Both the position numbers and the translations under genes were made by a program. Shown here one piece after another: positions 36,022 through 47,954 of a DNA stretch of 64,000 bases. The notes below the pieces were generated by a model. It had not been told where the DNA came from. It saw nothing but the letters and a program-made list of their open reading frames with translations, and did no database searches. The stretch comes from Chiloscyllium plagiosum (lineage: Eukaryota). The first letter of the stretch is position 1. Every line of letters starts with the position of its first letter. The DNA lies in the NCBI RefSeq assembly GCF_004010195.1, contig NC_057718.1, forward strand, positions 5,747,110 through 5,811,109. Reading direction: 5' to 3'.

Positions 36022-36612
36022 TATTGAAGAAGCTTTGGAAGCTTTGACACTGGCACTGTGCCTTAATGATTAGCACTGCTGCCTCACAGCACCAGGGACT
36101 CAAGTTGGATTGGGAGACTGTATGTGGACTTTTCATGTCCTCCTGTGTTTACATGGGTTTCCTCCGGGTGCTCTGGTTTCCTTCCACAGATCCAAGATGT
36201 GTAGGTTAGTTGGATGGCCATGCTTAATTGCCCATTGTGTCCATGGATTTGAGGGTTAGGTAGATTAGTTATAAGAAATGCAGGATGATGAGGATGGGAT
36301 AGGTCTGAGTGAGATGCTCTTTGGTGGATTAGTACAGACTCGATGGGCCGAATGGTCTGCTTCTACACTACAGGGTTCTATAATTTTCCCTAGCGTCCTG
36401 CTCAATATTGATCCTTCAGTTAACACCACTTTTTAAATATCTTAAAGTCTTTATATTTCTGATAGTGGGGACTTGCTGTACAGATATATAGGCTGTCACA
36501 TTTCCCACAATACAACAGTGACTGCACTTCAAAACTACTTTATCAACTGGGCAGCACTTTCAAATGCCCTGAGATTGTATCAGATGTTACATAAATGCAA
36601 GCTTGTTTTTCA
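35860..36612 (+). mobile_element. DeuSINE (SacSINE1/AmnSINE1-like), old, interrupted by an HE1 SINE at about 36050-36381
   Basis: actgagtgagtgttgcattgtcag..tagatgagatg Deu-domain-like core; tacaacagtgactgcacttcaaaa..ataaatgcaag tail. Confidence 0.6.
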
Positions 36613-36844
36613 TTTTTACAGGCAATTTAGGGCTGACAACAGGAAATTGTTCACATGTAGTGCAGTGAACTTCCAGGTAGTTTCAGGAAGTCTGGAATTA
36701 GTGAAGAAGCTTTGGCCATGTGTTGGAAAACTCCTGACTTTCTAGGTGGATGTGTTAAGGTCAGCTAGAAGACTGTTGTCATCTCTACATATCTTGGAAC
36801 CTTTCAAAGATTCTAGTATTCAATTCAGCAAAAACTTACTGGCA

Positions 36845-37485
36845 TAGAGTCATAGAGATGTACTGCATGGAAACAAACCCTTCGGTCCAACCCGTCCATG
36901 CCAAACAGATATCCCAACCCAATCTAGTCCCACCTGCCAGTACCCGGCCCATATCCCTCCAAACCCTTCCTATTCATATACCCATCCAAATGCCTCTTAA
37001 ATGTTGTAATTGTACCAGCCTCCACCACTTCCTCTGGCAGCTCATTCCATACCCATACCACCCTCTGTGTGAAAAAGTTGCCCCAAGATCTCTTTTATAT
37101 ATTTCCCCTCTCACCATAAATCTATGCCCTCTAGTTCTGGACTCCCCAACCCCTGGGAAAAGACTTTGCCTATTTACCCTATCCATGCCCCTCATAATTT
37201 TGTAAACCTCTATAAGGTCACCCCTCAGCCTCCGACGCTCCAGTGAAAACAGCCCCAGCCTGTTCAGCCTCTCCCGATAGCTCAAATTCTCCAACCCTGA
37301 CAATATCCTTGTAAATCTTTTCTGAACCCTTTCAAGTTTCATAACATCTTTCTGATAGGAAGGAGACCAGAATTACACGCAATATTCCAACAGTGGCCTA
37401 ACCAATGTTCTGTACAGCTGCAACATGACCTCCCAACTCCTGTACTCAACAGTCTGGCCAACAAAAGAAAGCATACCAAACGCCA
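36845..37485 (-). mobile_element. CR1 LINE 3' end, young
   Basis: ORF 36974-37342; (ctatga)n tail. Confidence 0.92.
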
Positions 37486-37615
37486 TTGGAACTATCCTTT
37501 TTCAACTCCAAACCATTTCAATGTTATCAATTTGAACTCAAAATCCATCTGAATAACAGCTCAGTTCCATCCTGAAACTACAATGAAATGTTTATAATAT
37601 ACAGTCATCATTTGG

Positions 37616-37764
37616 CCTCATCAGTTCTGAAGAAGGGACACTGGATCCGAACCTCTAACTCTGATTTCTCTCCACAAGTGCAGGCAGATCTGCTGAGATT
37701 TTCCAGCAATTTCTATTTTTGTTTCTGATTTCCAAGCATCTGCAGTTCTATCCCATTTTTATTT
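37616..37764 (+). mobile_element. PLE-derived element (subfamily C, degenerate hammerhead); TSD gtcatcatttgg
   Basis: cagttctgaagaagggacactggatccgaa; TSD at 37604-37615 and 37765-37776. Confidence 0.65.
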
Positions 37765-38192
37765 GTCATCATTTGGGAACGTGGTTCTGAATTAGTGTCA
37801 AAATGGATTTGTAGTTTTAAATGCTGTGAAATACTTTTTAAAGGAAGGTCAGAATGTCTTTTTGGGCACTGAAGTCAAAGTAGCTTTTCCAAGAAAACAT
37901 GTCACTTAAGCTAAATGACTCAATCGGCTACCTGGCAAGTCATCTGTAAACACATATAAAGTTAACTTCCATTTTATTCATTCAGAGGATGTAAGCAATG
38001 TTGGCTTTGTCAGTATTTATGGACTTTCCCTGATTGCCCAGGGGACAGTTCGGGGTTAACAATGGTGCTATTGGTTTGGAGTCACAGGTAGGCATGACTA
38101 CATATGGACGGCAGATTCCCTTCCCTAAAGTTAGTGAACCTGTTCGGTTTTTATAACAATCAACAGTAGTCACAAGGTCATCGTAAGTTTAG

Positions 38193-39179
38193 AAACCAAA
38201 AGAGAAAATGCTGGAAAATCTCAGCAAGTCTGGCAGCATTTGTAAGGAGAGAAAAGAGCTGATGTCTTGAGTCTAGATTAGATTCCCTACAGTGTGGAAA
38301 CAGGCTCTTCGGCCCAACCAGTCTACACCCACCCTCCGAAGAGTAACCCACCCAGACCCATTTCACTCTGAGTAACGCACTTAACATGATGGACAATTTA
38401 GCATGGCCAATTCACCTGACCTGCACATCTTTGGACTGTGGGAGGAAACCAGAGCACCTGGAGGAAACCCACACAGACACAGGGAGAACGTGCAAACTCC
38501 ACACAGTCAGTCACCTGGGGCTGGAATCGAACCAGGGACCGTGGTGCTGTGAGACTGCAGTGCTAACCACTGAGCCATCGTGGTTAGAGAATAAATGCCA
38601 GTGTTGATGAGCTGATGATGACATTTCTGTTTAAAAATACAGCCTGTGGGGACTAGTGCCGAAGATAATTGAGGAAACAATAAATAGTTTGCATGATTAC
38701 TGGTGGAAATCACATTGGGTACAAGTTTAGCCAGTTGCTACTAAGTCTCTCCTTTCTACTGTTGAGTGAAATTGTGCAGTTATTTGAAAACAATTGGGTT
38801 GTGATTAGTGCTAAAGTAACTGATGCTAGGATATTTTATGGGGTGTGTTAAGAATGTAATGGTATAAAGGTACAATGTCCCAGGGTTAAGTGTTTGTGAG
38901 CTCTCGTCTTCTCCACAGACACTGGCACTTCAAGGCGGGACTGAGTGAGTGTTGCATTGTCAGTGGTCCCATGTTTTAGATGAGATGATAAATTGAGACC
39001 CATTGTGGGTTGTTTGATGATGTCTTGGAACAAGCCCCCAAAACCTTTGACAAAGGGTCAATTAGACTTGAAGCGTCAGCTCTTTTCTCTCCTTACAGAT
39101 ACTGCCAGATCTGCTGAGATTTTCCAGCATTTTCTCTTTAGGTTTCAGATTCCAGCATCAGCAGTAATTTGCTTTTATC
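38193..39179. mobile_element. Composite hairpin PLE-derived element containing an HE1 SINE (38275-38583, -) and a 448 bp local duplicate
   Basis: Inverted arms about 38193-38275 and 39063-39146; TSD catcgtaagtttag at 38179-38192 and 39180-39193; splits an older minus-strand SINE. Confidence 0.75.
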
Positions 39180-39444
39180 CATCGTAAGTTTAGCTTTTAT
39201 ACCAGACCTTGTTTTTATTGAGTTCAAATTCCACTAGCTGCCACTGTGGGATTCATAGTGGGAACATTAATCTGTGGTTTTTAATTATTAGATCAGTAAT
39301 GTTACCACTATGCTACTGCCTTCCCTTATCATTGACAGAAAAGATGTTCAGAAGTCACTTCCAGGTTGGATTCAGAAGAAAGATTTATGCCAGAAGAAGG
39401 ACAGCATTTAGTCTGTGGACATCTCTAGGCACGAGACTTGGAAA

Positions 39445-39649
39445 AAACTAGATAAAAACAAGGACAGCAGATGCTGGAAACCAGACTCTAGATTAGAGTG
39501 GTGCTGGAAAAGCACAGCAGGTCAGGCAGCATCCAAGGAGCAGGAAAATCGCATTTCGGGCAAAAGCCCTTCATCAGAAACGTCGATTTTCCTGCTCCTT
39601 GGATGCTGCCTGACCTGCTGTGCTTTTCCAGCACTACTCTAATCTAGAA
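39445..39649. mobile_element. Hairpin PLE-derived element (subfamily A); TSD gagacttggaaa
   Basis: ~65 bp inverted arms; minus strand CUGAUGA-A-GGGC-UUUU-GCCC-GAAA; TSD at 39433-39444 and 39650-39661. Confidence 0.75.
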
Positions 39650-41055
39650 GAGACTTGGAAAGATGTCTCTTGGCCATCCAAAGTATCTGGAAGTCTCAAG
39701 CAGTTTCTGCAGTTCAAGGAGAGGGCGAATTAATCTGAATGCATGTGTCTCCAGGAGAGAGAGAGTCACATCAGTCCGGTGAGTGTGCAGAAAGCCAGAT
39801 GAGTAAAAATAATATTCCTAAGGTGAAGCTGCTTTCCTGATTGAGTGTCGTAAAGGCAAAGTCATCATAGTCTTACCAGGCTGCTCTCTTATTAGAGAGA
39901 AGGAGACAACTGATGGTGGTTTAACCTAAGGGTCACCACATCTCAGGTGAGAGGTTGAGAACATGAGCTGGCAGGGCAGTGGGGAAAGACCACTGTCTAT
40001 GCTCTTTCAGCCAAAGTCAAATAGGGGTCTGTTCAGTTATCAGGACCTCCCAATGCCTCCAAGATATGTAAATGTAGTCTTGTATAAGTAAGAAATGTCT
40101 TTGGTTTGTTTGCTCCACTGTTTGTCAGTTTCTTTATCTGCTGCTGTACCTAACCGAACTGCTTTAGTGACTATATATGTATATAAAGATTTTTTTTATC
40201 AATAAAGTACATTTTTGAGATTAAAAATAAAGCATCAGCTGGCATGGAATTTGAATCTGTGCTGTTAGCCTCACACTACTGCAAATCAGCTATCTACCAA
40301 CTGAGGTATTGAATTGATTGTCACGTGTACCAAGACACAGTGAAAAGCTTTGTCTTGTGAGCAATACAGGCAGATCACAGAGTTAAGTATCATAGATAGT
40401 AAATAATAGGTAAACAACAGCAAAAACAAAAACACTGGTATTAAGAGTTTGTGAGTCCATTCAGTATTTTAACAACAGTAGGGTAGAAACTGTTGTGAAA
40501 CCGGCTGGTGTGTGTGTCCAGGCCTCTGTACCTGAGGTAAAGAGTACTGCTGGGAAATGGGTTGACGTTTTCTTTTTGCTGTTGACGTCATGAATTGTCA
40601 CATACATATAAAATAGTTTTGCTTCATTTGTTTATGAAGTAACACGTTAACAGTCTCATATTAGTGACTGACCATCGTGGTAATCACACTGAAAAAATAA
40701 CATTTATAATCTGTCCAGTCAGGTTTCACTCTGAGATTTTAGTTGACCACTATTACAATCTGTTGGGATCATAACAAAAAGCAGTACTTATATCTTGTTT
40801 CACACCATCCTCTTGTGAGGAATAGTAATTAAAACAACTATTTAATAAAACCAAGCAAGTGAAGAATACTCATGAAGCAATAGGAAGGTTACTCAGACAC
40901 GTCTTCCTCATTTTAAGCAGCAGGAGTCAGTCTGAAGCATTTGTGGGACAGGGAGCTAGGCAACAAGAGAGGTATGTGGAGAGAGAAAAAGAGAGAAAGA
41001 GAAATAAACATGCAATCCCATCAAACACTCCTAAGACAAGAACATTGCAGAGTCA

Positions 41056-41547
41056 GGTACAGAGTAAAGCTTACTTTACATTGTCCTCATCAAACAGTAT
41101 TAGTGCATGTATAGGACAGTGGTAGATACAGAGTAAAGCTGCCTCTACACAGTCCTCTTCAAACAGTCTTAGGGCATGTATAGGACAGTGTTAGATACAG
41201 AGTAAAACTGCCTCTACACTGTCCTCTTCAAACAGTCTTAGAGCATGTATAGGACATGTGTTAGATACAGAGTAAAGCTGTCTCTACACTGTCCCCATCA
41301 AACAGTCTTAGGGCATGTATAGGACATGTGTTAGACACAGAGTAAAGCTGTCTCTACACTGTCCTCATCGAACAGTCTTAGGGCATGTATAGGGCATGTG
41401 TTAGATACAGGGTAAAGCTGCCTCTACACTGTCCTCTTCAAACAGTCTTAGGGCATGTATAGGGCATGTGTTAGATACAGAGTAAAGCTGTCTCTACACT
41501 GTCCCCATCGAACAGTATAGGACAGTGGTAGATACAGAGTAAAGCTC
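41056..41547 (+). repeat. 69-70 bp tandem minisatellite, about 7 units
   Basis: agatacagagtaaagctg recurs at 41124, 41193, 41263, 41333, 41403, 41473, 41530. Confidence 0.95.
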
Positions 41548-41849
41548 CAGAACAGATACAGTACCTCAAGCTGCCTCAATAATGTCCTCCTTGAAGACTC
41601 ACAGTTCTGAAGAAAGGTCAGTGACCTGAGTCCTTAACTCACATTCCTTTTCCACAGATGCTGCCGGACCTGCTTAGTATTCCCCGAAATTTGTGTTTTC
41701 ATTTCAACACATGTTGCAAACATCACAGGGTAAAACCTGAACATCCAAACATCATCTGTGGAGAGAGAGAAAAACAGTTAATATTTCAAGTCAATTACTT
41801 TTCATCACTTTTCACAGGCTTTGGAGGTGATATTATCCCTACGCTGCAA

Positions 41850-42140
41850 AAGCAGGCCATTCTGCCCATCAAATCCTCGGCAATCTTCCTAAAGAACACC
41901 CCATCCAGACCCACCCTATCCCTATAACTGCATGTTTTTCCATGTCTAATCCACCAAACCTACACATCCCTAGACACTATGGGCAAAATACTAGGCCAAT
42001 CTACCTAAACTACACATCTTTGGACTCTGGGAGGAAACCAAATCACCCAGAGGAAATCCACACAGACACAAGGACGATACATAAACTCCACACAGTTAGC
42101 TGCCCTGGCACTGTGAGACAGCAGTACTAACCACTGAGCC
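41850..42140 (-). mobile_element. HE1/V-SINE
   Basis: tttggactctgggaggaaacc..aaactccacacag..taaccactgagcc. Confidence 0.75.
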
Positions 42141-42599
42141 CCAATTAGTTACCTGTTCAAGTGGACATGAAAGATGCTGTGGCAGTGTCTTCACCTTTGA
42201 GTCAGAAGGTCAGGGCTCCAGTCTCACCTGCCCAGAGGTGTGTCATAATATATCCGAACAAGTCAAATTGAAACAACTGAAAATATACACAATGATATTA
42301 CTTTAAAGAAAAGCAAGGGCTTCCCCTCAACACTCTTCCTTTACCTTCAAACAGATGGACAGGTGGCCCTTCAGACTTGCTGTTTGTGGGATCTTGTATT
42401 TTACAAAATCAGTAGCTACATTTGCCGTTATAATAGCAGTGACTTTATGGAAGGGTGATATACAAATGAAAGCTCTTCTTTAGATTCACAGGATTGCCAA
42501 ATTGTTACAGTGTGGAAGTAAGCCATTTAGCCCCTTGTGCCTGTGCTAACTCTCCAAATGAGCATCTCACTTTGTGCTGTTCCCTTACCTTCTCCAGGC

Positions 42600-42811
42600 A
42601 GGAGAAAGTGAGGACTACAGATGCTAGGGATCAGAGTTGAGAGTGTGGTGCTGGAAAAGCACAGCCAGTCAAGCAATATCTGAGGAGCAGGAGAATCGAC
42701 GTTTCAGGCATAAGCCCATTCCTGATGTAGGGTTTATGCCTGAAACATCAATTCTCCTGCTCCTCAGATGCTGCCTGACTGGCTGCGCTTTTCCAGCGCT
42801 GCACTCTTGAC
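42600..42811. mobile_element. Hairpin PLE-derived element (subfamily A, degenerate hammerhead)
   Basis: Long inverted arms centred about 42715; imperfect TSD tac(c/t)ttctcca. Confidence 0.7.
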
Positions 42812-43324
42812 TACTTTCTCCAAGTACCCCAGCACATTATTAGAAATACAGAATAGAGTTACATGTTGCTGAAGTGAAATATGCAACATTAATATCGCTT
42901 GAATCAGAAAGCATTCATCTATACAGAGCCTTCAAGAGATCTCAAAATGTTTAAAGCCACTGTCATACTTTTGATGTGCTATCATGTAGGGAATGTAGGT
43001 AATGCTGCACTCAACTGGCACATAAATGAGCTTCTACAAATAACAACGTGACGTGTTTTAGACATTAATTGAGGGATAGGTATTGATTAATCAGATCATT
43101 ATTTACCTTATCGAATGGCGGAGCAGATTCGAGGGTCAGAATGACCATTCCCACTCCTAATTCATACGATTGTGTAATCAGGGCAGCAAGCAGCACTTTC
43201 TTACTCCACTTTGAATGCTGCTTTGGTATCTTTTAAGTCGACACTAGAGGGCAGATGTGACTTTAGTTTAACATTTCATCCAAATGATAGCACCTCAGAC
43301 AGTGTAGTGCTCTGGTGCATTGCA

Positions 43325-43511
43325 AGAGAAAGTGAGGACTACAGATGCTGGAGATCAGAGTCAAGAGTGCAGTGCTGGAAAAGCACGGCAGGTCAGGCAG
43401 CATCCGAGGAGCAGGAGAATTAACATTTTGGGAATATGCCCGAAATGTTGATTCTCCTGCTCCTTGGATGCTGCCTGACTTGCTGTGCTTTTCCAGCAAC
43501 TCACTCTTGAC
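43325..43511. mobile_element. Hairpin PLE-derived element (subfamily A) inserted in a DeuSINE
   Basis: Inverted arms; imperfect TSD ctctggtgcattgca / ctctggtgtactgca. Confidence 0.7.
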
Positions 43512-44077
43512 TCTGGTGTACTGCAGCATTACAGCCTAAGCAATATTCTGAGCATTGCAGAGCGTATCCTGAACTCTAACTTGAAATCTACTGATACTGA
43601 AACAAACGGACTAGGTAGTTAGCTATACATTTTCAACACACCTAAGGATGCTGCACACCATTCCATATTTTTTCATCTTATCAACTTCGGGTCAATTTAT
43701 TCAGTCCTGTTAAAGCAAACATAGGTGATGGTTTTTAATATCTTGAGCCATTAGGCAGGAAGTAAACCCTTCAGTTTTTATTTTATTGGTGCTTCTTCTG
43801 TCATCTGACTAGGTGCCAGGCCACAACATTTCCTTTAATATCATTGTTCAGGCTGACTGTCAGCAATTGTCCAGATTATATCAAATGAATATTTTTCATG
43901 AGATTTTTGGACCAATCTACATACTGGGCATCATAGGCATGAGGCATGATTAACCAGACACCAAAGTGACTCTGGTGCTTTAGTGCATACACTGTGCTTT
44001 GGGCCTTAAGGGCAGTGTTTTTCAAGCATTTCTTTGGAAAAGAGAAAGCACAGGATTGGCTCAAAGATGCCTTTCAT

Positions 44078-44402
44078 AGAATAAAATCCTCTGCTGTAGA
44101 AGGAGGCCATTTGGTGCATTGAATCCACACCGACCCTCTGAAGAGCACCCCACCCCATCCCATCCCAGTAACCCTGCATTTCCCATGGCTAATCCACACA
44201 GCTTGCGCATCGCTGGGAAATACCAGCAGTTTCCCATGGCCAATCCACCTAACCTGCACATCTTTGGACTGTGGGAGGAAACCCATGCAGGTGGAGAGAG
44301 ACTGTGCAAACTCCACACAGCCAATTGCCCAAGGGTGGATTTGAACCTGGTTCCCTAGCACTGTGAGCCACCATGCTGCCCACTGAGCCACTGTGCCACC
44401 CC
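44078..44402 (-). mobile_element. HE1/V-SINE
   Basis: Reverse complement of ggtggcacagtggctcagtgg..V-domain. Confidence 0.8.
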
Positions 44403-44681
44403 ATCTTTTTGATTTTGAAAGACGTTTATGCGGTAGACCTTGTGAGGATGTTTCCATATGTGCAGAAGAGAACAAATCTATGGTCATAAATTTAAAATAG
44501 TCTCTAATAAGTCCAATGGTTTAAGAAGTGCAGATATTTTATTTGGAATATAAAGTAGAAAATGTGAGCGTGGACAGCTGTGCTGCAGGTAATGAACCAG
44601 TTGTTTTACTTTATTGTAATTAGAAGAACAAGTCGAAGTGGCCCCTTATTTGTGAAGAACATGCAACTTTTCTTAGAAGCT

Positions 44682-44874
44682 ATGATTTGGAGATGCCGGT
44701 GTTGGACTGGGGTGTACAAAGTTAAAAATCACACAACACCAGGTTATAGTCCAACAGGTTTAATTGGAAGCACACTAGCTTTCGGAGCTGATGAAGGAGC
44801 GTCGTTCCGAAAGCTAGTGTGCTTCCAATTAAACCTGTTGGACTATAACCTGGTGTTGTGTGATTTTTAACTTT
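44682..44874 (+). mobile_element. Perfect hairpin PLE-derived element (subfamily B) with a hammerhead core at the loop
   Basis: 69 bp perfect inverted repeat 44718-44786 / 44806-44874; CUGAUGA-A-GGAGC-GUC-GUUCC-GAAA-G-CUA at 44788-44816; TSD tttcttagaagct at 44669-44681 and 44872-44884. Confidence 0.8.
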
Positions 44875-44989
44875 CTTAGAAGCTGGATTTGATACTTTTA
44901 TGAGACTAACGGGCACACAGAGTGCTTTTGCGCTGGGGAAGAAAAGTAACAGCCCAGCAATACTAACAAGGTTAAGGCTTATACAATTA

Positions 44990-45805
44990 ATGTTAGGGCC
45001 TTTGGTAATGTTGTAGAACAGAGATATGTGGGGGATCAGGTACATGATTCGTTGAAGTTTATATCACATATGGACAAGGTGGTTAAAAAAGCATTTAGCA
45101 CGCTTGTCTTCATTGCTCAGTCCTTTGAGTGTAGGAGTTAGGATTTCCCGTTGAGGTTGTAGAGGACATTGATAAATCGACATTTCGGGCATAAGCCCTT
45201 CTTCAGGCGCTTTTCCAGCAACACATTTTTCAGCTCTGATCTCCAACATCTGCAGTCTTCACTTTCTCCCAGGACATTGGTAAGGCCTCTTCTGGAATAC
45301 TGTATCCAGTTCTGGTCACCCAGTTATAGGAAGGATATTGTTAAGCTGGAGAGGGCTCGGAAGTGTTTGGCAGGAGTATGTAAGTATTGAGATATAAACA
45401 AAGGATGGATAGGCAGGGACTCTTTCACTGGAGCATAGGACGTTGAGATGTGACCTTATAGAATATTATAAAATAATGAAGGGTATAGAAAGAGTTAGTT
45501 GTAGTTGTCTTTTCACTAGGATGGGGTATGTCAAGACCATGGGGCACATTTTTAAGGTGAGAGGAGAGAGATTTAAAAAAAAACATAAGACGCAATTTTT
45601 TTACACAGAGGGTGGTTTGCATATGGAATGAACTTCCTGAAGAAGTGGTAGATGTGTGTACATTTACAATGTTTCAAAAACATTTGGATAAGTGCATGAA
45701 TAGGAAGGATTTGGAGGGATATAGGCCAGGAGCAGGCAGGTAGGACTAGTTTAGTTTGGGATTATGTTTGACATGGACTGGTTGGACAGAGGGATCTGTT
45801 TCTAT
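44990..45805 (+). mobile_element. CR1 LINE 3' fragment with nested insertions
   Basis: RTLVRPLLEYCIQFWSPSYRKDIVKLER. Confidence 0.85.
45172..45270 (-). mobile_element. 99 bp PLE-derived hammerhead insertion; TSD aggacattg; empty site at 46745
   Basis: Minus strand CUGAAGA-A-GGGC-UUAU-GCCC-GAAA-U-GUC; TSD at 45163-45171 and 45271-45279. Confidence 0.8.
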
Positions 45806-46332
45806 TTTTTTACAGCCCGTCCCCTTCCCTGGGACGACAGCGTGTAGGGTAGCCCACAAGCCTTCCGGATCTCAGCCCGCCCCTACGTGCCTTCTGGCTC
45901 TCGGCTGCTCTGACACCTTTCGACCACCTCTAGGACAGCCCGCCCCGGTACCCGCCCAGGGTGACAGCAGTCAGGACGGCCTACCCACCTTCCGGCTTCA
46001 CTAACCACCCTCAGCACCTTTCGACCACCTCTGGGGCAGCCCGCCCCGGTACCTGCCCGGGGTGACAGTGCCGAGGACGGCTACCCGCCTTCTGGCTCTC
46101 GGTCTGCCCCTAGGTACCATTGGGCTCTCACCCACCCCGCTGCACCTCCGACCAGTGGGTTATCCTGGCACACCTTTCGGCCACCTCTAGGACAGCCCGT
46201 CCCCTTCCCTGGGACGACAGCGTGTAGGGTAGCCCACAAGCCTTCCGGATCTCAGCCCGCCCCCACGTGCCTTCTGGCTCTCGTCTGCTCTGACACCTTT
46301 CGACCACCTCTAGGACAGCCCGTCCCGATTAC
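45806..46332. mobile_element. CpG-rich, internally repetitive insertion with 15 bp TSD
   Basis: gggatctgtttctat at 45791-45805 and 46333-46347; ~130 bp block at 45812 repeated at 46192. Confidence 0.75.
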
Positions 46333-46617
46333 GGGATCTGTTTCTATGCTATATCACTCAATGACTCTGTAATAGTCTTGGATTGCATCTAACGAGCAGT
46401 TTGTCACAAACTTTGATGGGCTATAACCATCAAAGGCCTCAAGCAGGATTCCTCTCTCTATCTCTCTCTCTCTCTCTCTTTTTGAGTGTGAAAGGCTGTG
46501 TAAAGAAATAATTGTTTTAATTCAAGAGAAGGTCTAGGTCTAACTGACCAGCTAACTAACAATAGATTGTCCTGGTTGACAACAATGTGACATCATCCCC
46601 AAAAACCAAATAAAAAG

Positions 46618-46778
46618 TCAGGTACGTGATTCGTTGAAGTTTATATCACATATGGACAAGGTGGTTAAAAAAGTATTTAGCACGCTTGTCTTCATTGCTC
46701 AGTCCTTTGAGGGTAGGAGTTAGGATTTCCTGTTGAGGTTGTAGAGGACATTGGTAAGGCCTCTTCTGGAATGCTGTA
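46618..46778 (+). repeat. Local duplicate of CR1 fragment 45036-45304, lacking the hammerhead insertion
   Basis: Near-identical apart from a few substitutions and the missing insert plus one TSD copy. Confidence 0.85.
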
Positions 46779-47584
46779 ATCCGTTCTAGTTGTGGTTTGG
46801 ACTCTTGATCCACAGAATTTGTTCCATTATGCCTCTATTTTTCATGCATCTTAGTCTTGAAAAATGGTTTCTCTGATCGCTGTTGTCCATCCTATTCGTG
46901 AATGAATTTATGCGTTTTTGGATTTTAAAGTGGCACTGTAAAGTTTGTGTATTACTAATGAATAATTCACTGTTACATGTCAGAGGATAAGTTTGTTATT
47001 GAAAATTTGTTGGTGAAAACTGGTGTTTCTTTTATCTTAAATAGTGGACAGTCAGACATTAATTAGCTAGAGATTGAATTGGTCACTTTTGCAATGAACT
47101 GTGGGATAGTCAGTTTCAATTCCTAATGCAGTCTGGAGAGTTCAGGTGAAACCTCGTACCCCTGAAAATGTGGAGGTTTGGGGATAATGTAGTTAAAGTT
47201 GTAGGTAAAATGGGCAATGGTACATGGGGTGCACAATTTGCTCCTTCGCTGTCTTTGCTGCTGTGTGTTCACTGTCAGCTAATTCTTGCAGCTACCTGCT
47301 CTCTGGTCTCCTGTATTTAAACTAAGATTTCTGACCCAACCTGAGCAGTTCTGATGCTACATTGGTAGTGTCCCTAATAATGACAGCACTGAACAGGTTG
47401 ATTAGAAAATTATCTAAATCTGACCTACAGCTGTAATAAATAAATCACTAGTGAGGGGCTATCTGATTAAATTAAAGGTTAATTAAAACATAGCCTTTCT
47501 AAAGGTTAAGTATTTGAATGAGGTAGAGTTGGACACTAAAACCCACTAATTAATTAAAATGGGCTATTAACACCGTGATACCTA

Positions 47585-47765
47585 CCTAGGAGAAAGTGAG
47601 GACTGCAGATGCTGGAGATCAGAGTCAAAAAATGTGGAGCTGGAAAAACACAGCAGGTCAGGCAGCATCCGAGGAGCAGGAGAATTGACATTTCGGGCAT
47701 AAGCTCCGAAGCTTCTCGGTTGCTGCCTGACCGGCTGTGCTTTTCCAGCACCACACTTTTCGACT
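47585..47765. mobile_element. Hairpin PLE-derived element (subfamily A); TSD gtgataccta
   Basis: Inverted arms; TSD at 47575-47584 and 47766-47775. Confidence 0.72.
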
Positions 47766-47954
47766 GTGATACCTATCATCAGATCAACAGTGTGTGTGTG
47801 GGAAGAATATCTCTGATGGGCGAAGTAGGTCCATTTCCATTACATTCACCCACCAGAGGAAACCAATTCTCTGCAGCTATCCTACTGAAACCTTTTAACA
47901 GGTTGAACATTTTGATTAGATCATCCAAAACCATTTCTTACTCAAGAAGTGTGT

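Noticed and set aside
41056..41547. Regularly spaced repeats resembling a CRISPR array
   Set aside because: Whole units repeat with no unique spacers, no cas genes, eukaryotic context: a minisatellite
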